Shown piece by piece: positions 14,312-27,700 of a DNA stretch of 64,000 bases. Every line of letters begins with the position of its first letter. The first letter of the stretch is position 1. The stretch is from Tubiluchus corallicola (Eukaryota; Animalia; Priapulida). Both the position numbers and the translations under genes were made by a program. The notes beneath the pieces were generated by a model. That model saw only the letters and a program-made list of their open reading frames with translations, ran no database searches and was not told the DNA's origin. The stretch covers positions 4,535-68,534 of the forward strand of contig JAQGDQ010001035.1 of NCBI GenBank assembly GCA_030141605.1, in the 5' to 3' direction.

Positions 14312-17109
14312 ATCATCTACCGATACTACTGTACTTTTTCTGTTCTTCCGAATGATCAAAGTGTTCGTGTCGTATCAACTATTAATAAAATTTCAGATAT
14401 GACTAAGATTTGCAAAACAGCGAGAAATTCAAGACCATTTATAAACTCCTGATAAATTTCCTATGTGGTATTTCAGACTAAGTTTAAACTTTATTGAGTT
14501 TTAGGAAGCTCTGCATTCATGAAATGAAATGTCTTGTCTTTTTACTGTTATCATTACAGGTGGCTTGTACGGAGCAAAAAATAGTGAAAAAATTACCAAG
14601 CAATTGGAAGTGTTGAAGTGTTAGATTCGTTGAGTATCACTGTGTAAATGTACATATGCATAGTGCCATTCAGTCGTGAAAATGATGTTCTAGATAGTAT
14701 ATCAGCAATTAGCTGCAGCAGCAAAGGCAATACCAACAACATCATTGTCATCATAATCATCATCAGCAGCAGCAGCAGCAACCAGAGGAAGCCATGACAA
14801 CACGCGGAAGGGAAGCAGCAGTCAAAGCAAAAGCAACAACAACAACAGCAGCAGGAAAAATAATCTCAACAATTGCATCATTACCATCATCTCATCATCA
14901 TCATCACCATCATTATCATCGTCGTCTTCATGATCAGCAACATCAGTAGCTGTACTTAGCACGGGCATGACGTACAATCTAGTGGCAGCAGATTGCAACT
15001 GAAGTTAAAGAATACTGGATCTCCTTGGTAAACGGATGGGTGACTACTAGATTCGGGACCGCACTGCATTAAAAAGGAACAACAATAATGACCATCACAG
15101 CAACACATTTACCGTTATCTACTGACAACGCCCCCCCCCCCCACAAGCCACTAACAAAAACAATCATGCCACAACCATGCACGTGTAATTCTGCAGTGTG
15201 CAGGGTAAATTATCTTCAAATTCAGCCAGAAGCAAATATTTCTGCCACATTTACAATTGAAAGCAATCATTATCTTGACATGAGCATTAGACAGATGCAC
15301 ATGTATGTACCTTTATTTTAACATTCCACTGATAAAAATTCAATTGTTCTTTTGACATTAGACTAAATTTAGCCCCTGGATAAGACAGGATTAAAAATAT
15401 GAGCTACAAACAACATGTTCCTCGGGCAATTCAAAAAGCAGCCTATCAATTTAAAAGACAGAATGTCAGCTAAATTTATCTCCATTATCACATACATTAT
15501 AATTCAATTTTGTAACATTATAAAACTTCAGCATTCCATTGGTAAAAAAGTAAACACATTTCTTTGATAGTATAACTTCAAAAGATGTAGAGGGCGCTGT
15601 ACACTTTGGGCCTTAAGCCATTCAATATGCAGTTTATTAATACGTTGCCTACTGGCTAAATTTAATAATAAACTGGATTTAAAAACTTATTTTAAATTTT
15701 GCTATTTTTATTTATTTTAGATGTCTGATAAGAGCAAACAGATGTTCTGGTTAAAAAAAGCAATGTTCGCATTTGTCTTGCTGTCTACACTAGGTGGATT
15801 GTTAACGCATTACTGATCTTGGTGGCTTGGTAGATTTGTGCTTAAACACATCCGACTACTACGATTTCTTTGTACGTTTCTGGATGTTTTACTGTAACAG
15901 TAGGCGGAAGCTGCAGCATCTGTTCCGGCTTTCACAATTCTGGGTTCAGCTTAAATGTTGTCACAGCAAAAAACCAGAACAAGTTCGCTTGACAAATTAA
16001 TGTAGCAACATGGCAGAAGGTTGTCTCAGGTGAATCATGTGCACCGGAATCATCTTAAGCTGCAATGTTAACTGAAATATAGGAGGTCAGATCAAAATAC
16101 AAGAGCATGAATATGCTTGGATGATTTGGTCAGCAGCAGCAACACCACCTAACGTAACTGACCAAACGTTTTCAAATATTGCAAGCATATGTGATCATTT
16201 TCATGGCACACCGTAAAATGAATTCACATAGCCAGCATGTAGTGTGAATGCGTGCACGACTAGTCAAAGCACTTAAAAGTGTGAAACTGCCTATAACAAG
16301 TCACAAGCTTCCCTTTCCTCACTTTTTGCAAACACCAAAGTTTATGACAAATCGCTTCCATGGACGGTGTCATTAATTGTGTCAAACGACAACAAATAAG
16401 TTTCAAAAAACAAACAAAAAACTTCAAGCAGTAAACAACAAACAACACATTTCGCTCAACGAACAACAAACAACAAGCTTCACACGGTAAACAAAAAAAC
16501 ACAAACAACAAACTTCACAAGGTAAACAACAAACCACAAGCTTCACACGGTAAACAACAAAACACAAACAACAAACTTCACAAGGTAAACAACAAACCAC
16601 AAGCTTCACACGGTAAACAACAAACCACAAGCTTCACACGGTAAACAACAAACAACACGTTTCATGCAACAAACAACAAAATGTGAGCAACAGGATAAAT
16701 TCTAATGACATCACATCGATCATGCATTTCACATAACACCATTACATCAATTACGAGAAATATGTGACTCTTTCTAGTCCCAATGAGCATATAAAATAGC
16801 TAATACAGCCCATCCAACATTATCATCACTGTTATATAATCTTCCCATATATTACAATGGCTTCAAGGCTAGCAGAACAATAGCCAGCTGACCTGGTCAA
16901 AGCTATACCAGGTCAACCAATCAAACTCCCACTTATTTTAACATTTTCAATAATTACACGATGAGAAACGGCACCACACAAATATGTATACCCAGCTTAT
17001 TTAAAGCTTTGCTTACAATGTAAAGGAATATGTTAGTGTCCAGTCAAACTTTTGCAGTATAATGACATCAATTCACATAGGGCAGTGAAATAGTTTTTTT
17101 TCACTTTAA

Positions 17110-17568
17110 CCCTTTCATACCTGTTGTATCCCGTGGGATACGAGAATATTTTCTGCCTTTAAAATTAATAAAATTTTAAAACTGACAGTTATTTGATCTG
17201 TTAATAGTTATTTTGATTTAAGCTAATAACAAGAGACTAAAATGGTGATAAAATGGTAAACTAGAAAATCTACATAGCATAAAAAACTGCTCAAGGTACA
17301 GTACTTTAGAGACGACTTTGTACAGATCAGTATAGCATGCATACTAAATGTCTTAAATACTTTAAAAAATTATCAACAGTTGCAAAATGAAGCACATTTT
17401 TTGCTTCCATTGAATCCCATTGTATCCTGTGGGATACAGGCTATATTTAGCACGTGGGCACAGGTAGAAAAATATAATTATTATGTGTAAAGAAGATGGA
17501 TATACTGAACAAAAGTACCAAATCAAAAAAAATTTTCTTATTAAAAAAATAATTTGGGACTGAAAGGG
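17110..17568. mobile_element. piggyBac-like MITE (mirror copy)
   Basis: TTAA-CCCTTTCA...TGAAAGGG-TTAA. Confidence 0.75.
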
Positions 17569-18728
17569 TTAAAAAACTATCAATTATCAATAACAGTTAA
17601 GCACCGGCATACTAATCTACTTAGCTAATCTAATAAGTTAAGCTAATCTAGTCTAATTAACAGACCATCTTTTGATGAAAAATTTAATCTTGTGTGATTT
17701 TATTACCATTCTGTGCTGATTCCCAGGCTAAATTGTTAACCAAAGCTATGTTAATACCTGTTTTTCTGGAATTTACAAAGCCGTGTAAGCACACAGTGGA
17801 AAAATTTGAATTGACACTATCATATGAACGGAATGCCGCTTTGCTATGTTGCATACATAATCAAATACCACTGATCCTTATCACAGACTAAAAACTCAAA
17901 TATATTAATTTTGATGTATCAACACATTTGTATGCTAAAACATCGTGACCATAGTTCTGAATTTTGTTAACAGGTGTCACCACCGCCATTAATGTTAAGA
18001 GTTTCAGTGTACGTTCGGTAATAGAGGGTTTCTAAGAAACACGTTACATAAATACCAATAATTTAGCTACGTGTATGGAACAGAATAGCATGATTATTAC
18101 TTGATGGTGTGGGTCAGAAAAACAAAAATTTGATTAATTACGCTGCTGTCCCTGTCGTAATCCATTGCGTTGCTGGCTATGTCAATTTTTACATTTCTAT
18201 AGTTCACGTTACTTCATACAGATACCATCACATCTTCTTTCTATTTTCTATTAACCTTTCTTCTATTCCTTTAGTGCTCTTTTTCATTACACTCAGTCCA
18301 CATTCATTTGGGGTGCTTTAAACAAGTAATTACTTCTTGAGTACCCCACGGGTCATTTGCGGCTTGGCATCTTGCGCACATAATAATAACTATGTTATTA
18401 AATACTTTTATGTACAATGCTGTAATGATCATTGTGGATATATTTAATAAATAAATAAAAAAATGCAGAAATTCAAAACATTGGCTCAAGACAATGATTA
18501 CAATATGATAAAACGTTGTTCAAATATGTTGCAAAAATATGTGAAAATTTATTATTTGATCACATATGCAAATTAGCCTAATGGTTATAAAAGTGGAAAA
18601 CATTTGACTATGGTAAAAATCATTTTTTTAATCTTCTGATGATAAAGTTACTTTAGAAGCATAAACTGACGATGTAAAAAAAGCTTGATAAAGCAAAATT
18701 TCAGTCTGTACCCCTGGAATGGATGTAC

Positions 18729-21700
18729 TCAATAAGCTAAAATTCTCTGGAGTAGTGTGTCCCTGATATCGGTCATATGAAGCTTTTCCTAAACAAACAC
18801 ATAAAAATAAATACGCAATAACAGTACTGTAATGTTGGGTTAGAATACACACAGTGTTTCGTAACAAAACAAACAAAATGCTGATTTAAATTAATGGTAG
18901 TTTGTGTTACAGACTTGGAACTTTGGTCATTAATAAAACACAATTAGTCTCCAAGATTCATAGTAGAGCGTTCTTATAGTAAAACATATGCTCTTTTTAC
19001 TGGCTTAGCAGATTTATTCCTCTTCGAATTGAACGTTATTCAGAGTTATTGAAAGAACAGTCGGGTACAACAAATACTAAATGCAATTGCATTCCATATA
19101 AGCAATCTCTACTTCAAGCAGCTGCACACAAAAAGTGACGAAATTCAACACAAACAATTTAAACTATTACAAGCTGCACATTTTTAAGCATCACATGGGT
19201 TTATTTCGTTACCCGATTTCAGGATGTTTCCAGAGATAAGAAAACTTCGCCGATAGCTGAAAATATTAATCAAAGTTTAGCATATTTACCTTAAGAGTTG
19301 TATCTCGACTTCGAAGATAACAGATTCCTGTTGTTAACGAGTTGTCATTGATGATGAGGCAATATGGAATTCCCATTTCGTCATATCTAAAAAACATGTA
19401 TTAACTTGTACAGTCTAGCCTCGTTATCTCGCCACTGTCAGTCTAAACCTTCCAAATCAGGAGTGGAGCCCCGAAGGCGGACTGTTCACTGACTCCAAAT
19501 CACGTTCAAAACACTGGTTCTCGTCTCATCACCGAAGTTAAGCAACGTAGAGCCTAGTTAGTACTTGGATGGGTGACCGCCTAGGAATACCTGGTGCTGT
19601 AGGCTTGCGGGATGCCCACACTGTATCTCGACACTAGGTGGAGGAGCTGCACAAGCAGCCAACAGCTAGAGGACGGAGGAGGTCAAGTGACCCAACGGCC
19701 GTGTGTAGAGGAGTAAACCTTCCAAATCAGGAGTGGAGCCCCGAAGGCAAGACCAGTGCAGCATGCTCATCATTGACTCCGGCAGCTCCTGCAGCCAACA
19801 TGGTGCCAAACGTATCGCTCTACATTCCTTTGGACTACACCATGGAGGAAGAGAGGAGGTTCCTGTTGTCTGGGCAATTCAGGATCTCCATACACCTTGC
19901 CCAGGCATGCGCGCTGGAGACGTTCAAGGATCGGACTGCTCAGCCACAGTCGACGCTGCAGCTCCATCAATGTGATCAATAACTGACTCTCTTGGTGCAA
20001 ACTCCATTGTCTTCTGAGACAGAAGGATACCAACAACAACAAAAGTAACACAGAGGGTAAAATTAAAGGTTCTATGATAATTATTACAAACAGGAGATCA
20101 GAGTTTAAAAAATCAGGCATAAGAAAGACGTACTTGATAAATTGATTCTCTAACGAAGTGCTGGAACTTTCCCCACTCTGCCACACAGATATATCAGCTT
20201 CTCGTAGTTCCTTTCCCAAATACTCGGAGAGTTCCCGCAATTCTCGACCGGCGCTACCAGACACAGCCACTGCAGTTTTGTACGGGGCAAGTCGTGGGTG
20301 CAACTGTAGAACCTGCATTAAGACTAAAATTGAATTAAAGTTCATTTACTGCATTTAGACTTGAATGAAGATTGATTTTGAAATGGCTTCAATAGGCGAC
20401 AGATTCGTCAGGTGGATGACCACTGGTGACGATGACGATGATGAGAATGCAAAATCTGACGAAGATGACAACGGATCTGATGACGATGACGTAAATTCTA
20501 ACGAAGAAGAACATATGGCTGTCACAAGTTATACAGCTAACAACGATGGTAAGTAAGTAAGCAAGTAAGTAAGTAAGTAAGTAAGTAAGAAAGTAAGTTT
20601 ATTAGTTTATCACCATTTTTAAAATAGCAAAATACACAACTAAGAGATTTATTAATCTATACAACATACAATAATATTACAAAGTGCAAAAGTAATTATT
20701 GATTAGTGGTGAAAGGGTGGCGAAAGAACTATAAGTTATCGAGGTCAGCCACCCTCTCAGGATTGTTACTAATATAATTAATCAGTTAATGCGCATGTAC
20801 CAGGTAATTAAAAATTTGCATTTAAGACCAATGAAAATTGAATTGTTATATGAATGTGTTAGTTTATAATAAAATAATGTTCAATAATGGGAAAGAAGAG
20901 ACACACGTGACTATCTTTAAATAATAATTTAACCATTACGTATTTAAAATTAATGTTATGAGGACCAAATGTTATTAAGAACAAAAACAATGAGCTCTTA
21001 TCCTAACATCTTCAAATAAACCACAATTTTTATTTGTCAAACAGCTCTAATTAAGTAGGGGATTCGATCTAGCAATACCTTGATACTAGCCAAATTTATT
21101 CCCTGGCAAAGAATAGATAAGCAGTTCCTCTAGGTTTTTTAAGCAAGAAGAACAGAACGAAATACCGGATATTTTCTAGGACCCAAAATATTCAGCTGCA
21201 TTTTTTTGCAGTGTAAAGAAAATGCATTGAAATTGAGCGCTAACTCAATTTTACTTACTTCTCTTATGCTAGAGTTGCCCTTCAAGTCTGATCGCTGTTT
21301 TTCATGATAAGCATCAAGAAGGAACGCAAGCATTGCTGCCTCTAGTGTGGTTTTAGTCAAAATCAGATGAGGCGTAACCAGTTTTCTTCCATCTTTGACC
21401 TAAGACAAAAAATCAATAATCAGCGTGGTGGACATCAAGCAAAAATTCCTAAAGAGACAAATACCATTTCTTGCACAACTTGTTCAAAAGAAACGAAACA
21501 CAAAGACACCTAATTGGCCTAATTTCATAGTCAACTGTGTTTAAACAGTGAAAGTTTAACAATAAATTTTATGCTAGCATCGCGTATCTCCCATCTTCTG
21601 GGACACATAGTGAGTTCACTTTAGCTAGTTTCCAGAAAAATGGGAAAAACCGTTTTCACTCGCAAAGAACGCTGATTTAATGGATTGTATGTTAAAATTA

Positions 21701-24700
21701 GGAATGAGTACCCGTCCCCTCACATGCGTTTTATTATTGTGTAGAAGAAAGATATTTAAAGTACACTCATAACTCGGTTTGCTGGACAAAAGCGGGAAGA
21801 AGTCGGTCTGAATATGCATATTCTCCATTACTAAGCTAATACAGTAGGCTCCATGTATGACACCCATGGTAATGTGAAATCAATCGCCTAATTGTATAAA
21901 AAACGTCTGGAATGAACCACTCCTATGTAAAAGTATACAAAAACTGTTGGCAATTCTCTCTAATAACTCTGTATAATTGTCTCTATATTTGTCACTTGTC
22001 ACATGCTGACATGCAAGCTACAGACGTGCCGTTACACGCTGCTTGGTTACGCTGATGCAATGATGTAAACAAAGTGACTGCCCGCCAACTAGCGGCCAGC
22101 TTGCGAAACAACAGAGAGTTTTTAACGGTCCAGATTTTGTCTGATTCTTCCAATATCCGTAAAAGTGAGATATGAGTGTAGTTTTAAATTAATGGACTTA
22201 TTTGGTTTTACTTGCAATGAGCATTAAATACGTGTTGCTTTTCTTCAAAAAGCGGGCCTTGCTAGGTTCCTCCTCTGCGTGCTCAAACAGAATTCTTAAT
22301 CCCCCTTTTGTTTAACTTCTCACATATGCGGGAGCATTGCAAACTGTTCCAATTATATAGGGTCCTCATATGAATACAGAGCCTGGTTAGTGCTTGGATG
22401 GGTAACCGCCTAGGAATACCAGGTGCTGTAGGCTTGCGGGATGCCCACACTGTATCTCGACACTAGGCGGAGGAGCTGCAAAAGCCGCCAACGGCTAGAG
22501 GGCGGAGGAGGTCAAGTGACCCAACGGCCATGTGTAGAGGAGTAAACATTCCAAATCAGGAGTGGAGCCCCAAAGGCGGACCCGTGCAGCATACTCACTG
22601 ACTCCGGCAGCTCCTGCAGGCAACCTGGTGCCAAACGTATCGCTCCGCTTTCCTTTGGACTACACCAGGGAGGAAGAGAGAGGGTTCCTGTTGTCTGGGC
22701 AACTCAGGATCTCCATACACCTTGCCCAGGCGTGCGCCCTGGAGACGTTCAAGGATCGGACTCTCTTGGCGCACATTCCATTGTCTTCCGAGACAGAAGG
22801 AAGCCAACAACAATATGAATACAAATCAATAAATGATTGAAATGCCTACCCAGCTATTTGCCTGTATACTGCTTCCTGATTGCATAATTGCAAAACTAAT
22901 GGCGATTGGCTGTAACAAACAGTTCCATTAACTAACTAGCCAGTATCTTAGGCTTATTTTTTCAAGGTTTATCACACTTCAATATCTAAATACAAAAATA
23001 TTTAAAATTCTATGTGTAATTCGATTTTTAATTAGGAACAGAACTTCACCTACCTGACAATTTTGTCCAGAAGTTTGTTCAAAATGTTTCACGTCCTTGT
23101 CACCTCTGTTTGTCACGAATTCGACCGTCTCCGGTCCCCAAGGAAACGGGAAGCTGATATTCACATAGCTTTTGCCGTCACTGGTTTTCACATCTGATAA
23201 TTTAAAGCTTGGTGGATTGCAAGCTAACTGAAGAAAATGAGAATAATGTAATAATAGTGTAGCAATGAAAAATCATTTTATTTTTAATGAAAAAAAAGAA
23301 TCGCGTTCACTTTGGAACAGTGAACACCAAATCTACCACAGTGTGAAACAGATATAGAAAACTTAGATAATTTTTTGACAAAAGTGGTGGCTCATAGCTA
23401 AAATTAGTGGGGGTGATGCTTCAGAAAATTTTTAGATATTGTTTTAATACCATGTAAAAGATAACTAACATACATAATTTTAACGTTGTAGTTATATTTG
23501 AAGAATAGGTGTTGAACGGTCTTGTTTCTTAACTGGAACTTTCTCACGGAGAGACAACTGTGAAAAATGAAGCTGTTGTAGTTCACTTACAATCACAGAA
23601 CTTATTTTTTGGGGGATGCAAAGCGTCCATTATTAAACAATTTATGTTTTAAGCACGCGCGTTAAGTTTGCATTTTATCACATCCAAGAATGTGACGGTA
23701 CATGGTACGCACTTGGCATTATTACTGTGTTAGAGAAAGTACTTTCTCTACCTAGCAGCAGATGCTAGCTTACAGCGTGATATCTCAGACATGTGTGCAT
23801 GGCTGATTTCTATAATATGTTAAATATAGCAAATACCGCCAACATATCTGCTGTGCCATTACACTTTAAATTTGCTCCTATATATAACGCCAACTAAGAT
23901 TACCGCTATTGCACCATATTTAGTGGTATCCCAGACCTGGCATTATAACGAGGTTTGACTGTACAAGATAAAAAAGTTGTCACTACTCAATTCAAACACT
24001 TAAAATTGAAAATTTACACGTTTCAGAGTATATAAACAAGTGAACATCACAGTGATTTCCGCTCTTACCTTTCTCCACCAAAGCATGCGGCGACGCTGCC
24101 ACTGAGCGAACATACGACTTGCAAGTGACGGAACAACAAAATATCGAAGCGACATCTCTTTGTGCTCATGTGAACTAAACGATCACAAAAATAAAGTCAA
24201 TATATGCTGTAGATGAAAGAGTCACAATTATCAATTCTTTGAAATAAAACAAAACTATGAAATATATGGAATGGACTTAGCTTGAGTAAATTACTAGTAA
24301 AACATCAGCAGAATCTTGTAATTTTTTCGTAATGTTACAACCAAATGCGAAAAATTTTTATGCCATGCGTAAGATTTTTATTGCGCAAGAAGACCTCATT
24401 GTTTTAGATTCTCAGCTGACATTTCCATTACAATGAGGACAACACGAATTTGTCGCAACTGAATAGCTAAAGGTGGGTTATCTCTGAAAAAGCTATAGTT
24501 GGATGGTGAAAGTGCTAAAGTTGGCTGATGAAAGTTAGAGGTGTGCCAAGAAAGTTCATACAACACTATGGGCTACAGATACATTTAATGATGAAGTCTC
24601 GAACGACGTGCCTTCAACATCCTGTACTAAATGTACTATGATAAGAAAAACCCTTAGTAACCGGTAGAGAGTAGTTCATTTGGTAACTGCCACAGGCAGA

Positions 24701-27700
24701 TCATTGTAAGCTTGCATAAGAGCTAAGTAGCCTAACTACATAGAGCGGAGGGAGCCTAACTACCTAGAGTATCACACCCAGATTGTCACGAACCTCACGA
24801 AGAACAATGACGTCTTTCTGTTTTATTATTTGCAGTAAAATAAATGGTACCTTACAGTATTAGTTTCAGCCCACAATAGAATTGCAAAAAATACTAAGAA
24901 TGGAAATTTTTAAATACCGTAGGCGCTTCTTATCACCTGAGAATAAATTTGTCTTGAGTTGTGCTATCACTTGGTTCTTCAAAGCAAGTTTTGCACTGTG
25001 CCAATCCAAAAGGTAGTTTACCATTACTGAGCAAAAGGCTTGGTGAAAAATCCTTTATACATACTGAAAATACAACAAATCAATTACATTAGTTAAACTT
25101 GCATTATTATTTTAGATAAAAAGCAACAAGAAAAACAGAGTAAAAAAGCAGTTATGAACTATAAAACCACTGCAAGTAGCTATGTAAATGTTATGCACAT
25201 ACACATTTCCCTACCTATTAAATTTGGTCTTGCCCCTTTAACTGTCATCAGTCATGGGACCAGGTAGTTGGCCAGGTAGACATTACCTGACATGCAATTC
25301 AATTGATACGATGTGAATGTTGTAGTTGATTTCTATTGTTTTTTTTGCAAGTTATAAGTGCCAAAACTCAGGGAGACCACATGTAAGTGTCTAATTATGT
25401 TTATTGAACTGCTTTATGCTATTAGAACAATTTCGCTGTTATTTTTTTGTATAATTATAGACGAAAATCACGTTACCTAATTTAGTAATTTACCTTTATC
25501 AAACTTATGTTTTTCATTGAAAACTTATTGCTGTAATTTATTATTACAGATAAAACGACAATTGCTGCATATTAAACATTTGATGTTCTGGAGTTTAAAT
25601 GTAGTACAGTAAACAAACTTATTAGTTCTGTAGGACAGAGTTTGATACAATTAAAGTAAGGACTCGATGAGTCGGTTTAAATTACAGCTCAATTTGTTCT
25701 GTGGAGTTGAGAGATGGTTGTTGATGATAATCATTATTGTTAATGCAAACAGTCTACAGTTGATAAAGCCAAAACTTACATCACATGCAAAAACAAAATT
25801 CATATTTGTTAGCTAAAATCAACCGAATTCTTGCAATAACGCATAATTTTCACGACGTATCATGAATGCCAGGGCTGGAACTACATGTGGCAAGCAGGGG
25901 GGGGGGCGCAAAAATTTTCTGGGGGGGGGGGAGGCGAGGTATCCGAAGTGGTTAAATAATGGTTAAGCCAGTTTTAACCCCTTTTATATTGCATGCAGGC
26001 CTATAATTAGCACGTGTGTAGGACGGCATAGCGGACAAAGCAATAATGAGAAAATTAACTCTCAGTTAACCTAACGTTATTAATGTGCCTCTAACTAAAT
26101 TGTTATTTACAGAAATTTATCACACACAAGTTTTAAGAAAATAATACACTGAAACTACCAAACATTTTTTTTACCTAATTCTAATTCATATTGAAACTGA
26201 TTACATGCGAACTGCAATTTTCACTGCAAAAAAATTATTTGTCCGATTTTGCAGGGGGGGGCACAAATTTTGACAAGGGGGCGCCCCCCCCTCGCTCCCT
26301 CCTAGTTCCGCCCCTGATGAATGTCTTAGTGCCCGGTGTTGCTTCTATTAAACTCGATTGTTCAAAACAATCCCCTAACTCACACACAGAAATTAGAAAA
26401 CAAATATACATTTCCAATGTTGTCACCTGATTATTCAATTTAATTCAGTCCTAATTTATGGTCAAAATCAAAACGATGATGACAGATACAACTAGGTACA
26501 CGGTACGCACGTGGCATTATTACTGTGTTAGAGAAAGTACTTTCTCTACCTAGCAGCAGACGCTAGCTTACAGCGTGTTATCTCAGACATGTGCGCATGG
26601 CTGATTTCTATAATATTAAATATAGCAAATACCGCCAACATATCTGCTGTGCCAAAAGTCTTACACGTTAAATGTGCTCCTATATATAACGCCAGCTAAG
26701 ATCACCGCTATTGCACCATATTTAGTCGTATCCCAGACCTGGCATTATAACGAAGTTTTAACTACTCAATTCAATTGAAAATTTACACGTTTCAGAGTTT
26801 ATAAACAAGTTATAAGACAGATACAACTAGGTGATATTGGTCTTTAGCAACACCTCACAGGCCTGCACAAAATAAAAAAAACTCACACAAAAGACCATCA
26901 TTTCAAAAGAGACATCTGTAATGAGGTCACACCTCATTTACTAGAACTCTGTAGGTCTGTAACAGTGCCTACCATGCACTCAGAGAGAAAGAAGGAAAAC
27001 AATGCAGAAAATTTCATCAACAAACAAGCTACATGAGTACACTAAAAAAGTTTAATTTTTTTGGTCCTGGATTCCATGTAGCTACTAATGAACCATAAGG
27101 AAACTTTAAAATTGTTGTACTTATCAGCTGTAGTGGATTTTAAGGTGCAACTTACTACTTAATATTTTTCCAATGTTGAATACTAGATATAATTGCGCAT
27201 GTGTTAATGATAATGAATTGTCCATTAGTATGAATATCATACATTGACATACATACAACTTAGTACCGTATTTTCCCGTGTATAAGAGACCCTTTTTTGC
27301 TCAGAATTTTCACTTTAAAAATAAGGGGTCTCTTATACATGGGAGTAAGTCTTTTCAATAAGATGCATAAATTGTGACACTAATGATTTTAAAGAAATAA
27401 GTGCTCTACAACTGTTTTATTTCGAATAATTATAGTTTCCTTTCAATAAATCTTCTCCATGGCTAAATTCTAATGATAAAATTAATGTACCGGGTAAGTT
27501 ATTATTTTTTTAAATGTCAAAAGAGGACAATGCCATTTTTGAGCAGAGTGACTCCTCTGATGATGAACTGGCTGGAATTGCTGAAGGTCTGACTCCAGTT
27601 GATGAGAGTGATGAGGAATTTAATGATTTCTATGATGAATAAAGTTATTCATTACCAAAAAACTTTTTCCCAGAATTTTTGCCTAAAAAATTGAAGGGGT

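Larger units (their letters stand above)
1..19788. repeat. Large imperfect inverted duplication (palindrome): left arm 1-~9100, right arm ~10440-19788, spacer ~1.3 kb; may continue left of window
   Basis: Bases 1-18 are the reverse complement of 19771-19788; ORF track is mirrored (913..1161+ / 18628..18876-, 7191..7397+ / 12362..12568-). Coordinate sums are 19789 outside and 19759 inside a ~30-bp indel near 14782-14812; scattered SNPs between arms. Confidence 0.97.

Noticed and set aside
25214-25286. Candidate extra POLG2 exon with AG/GT ends on the - strand
   Set aside because: Stop codons in all three frames.
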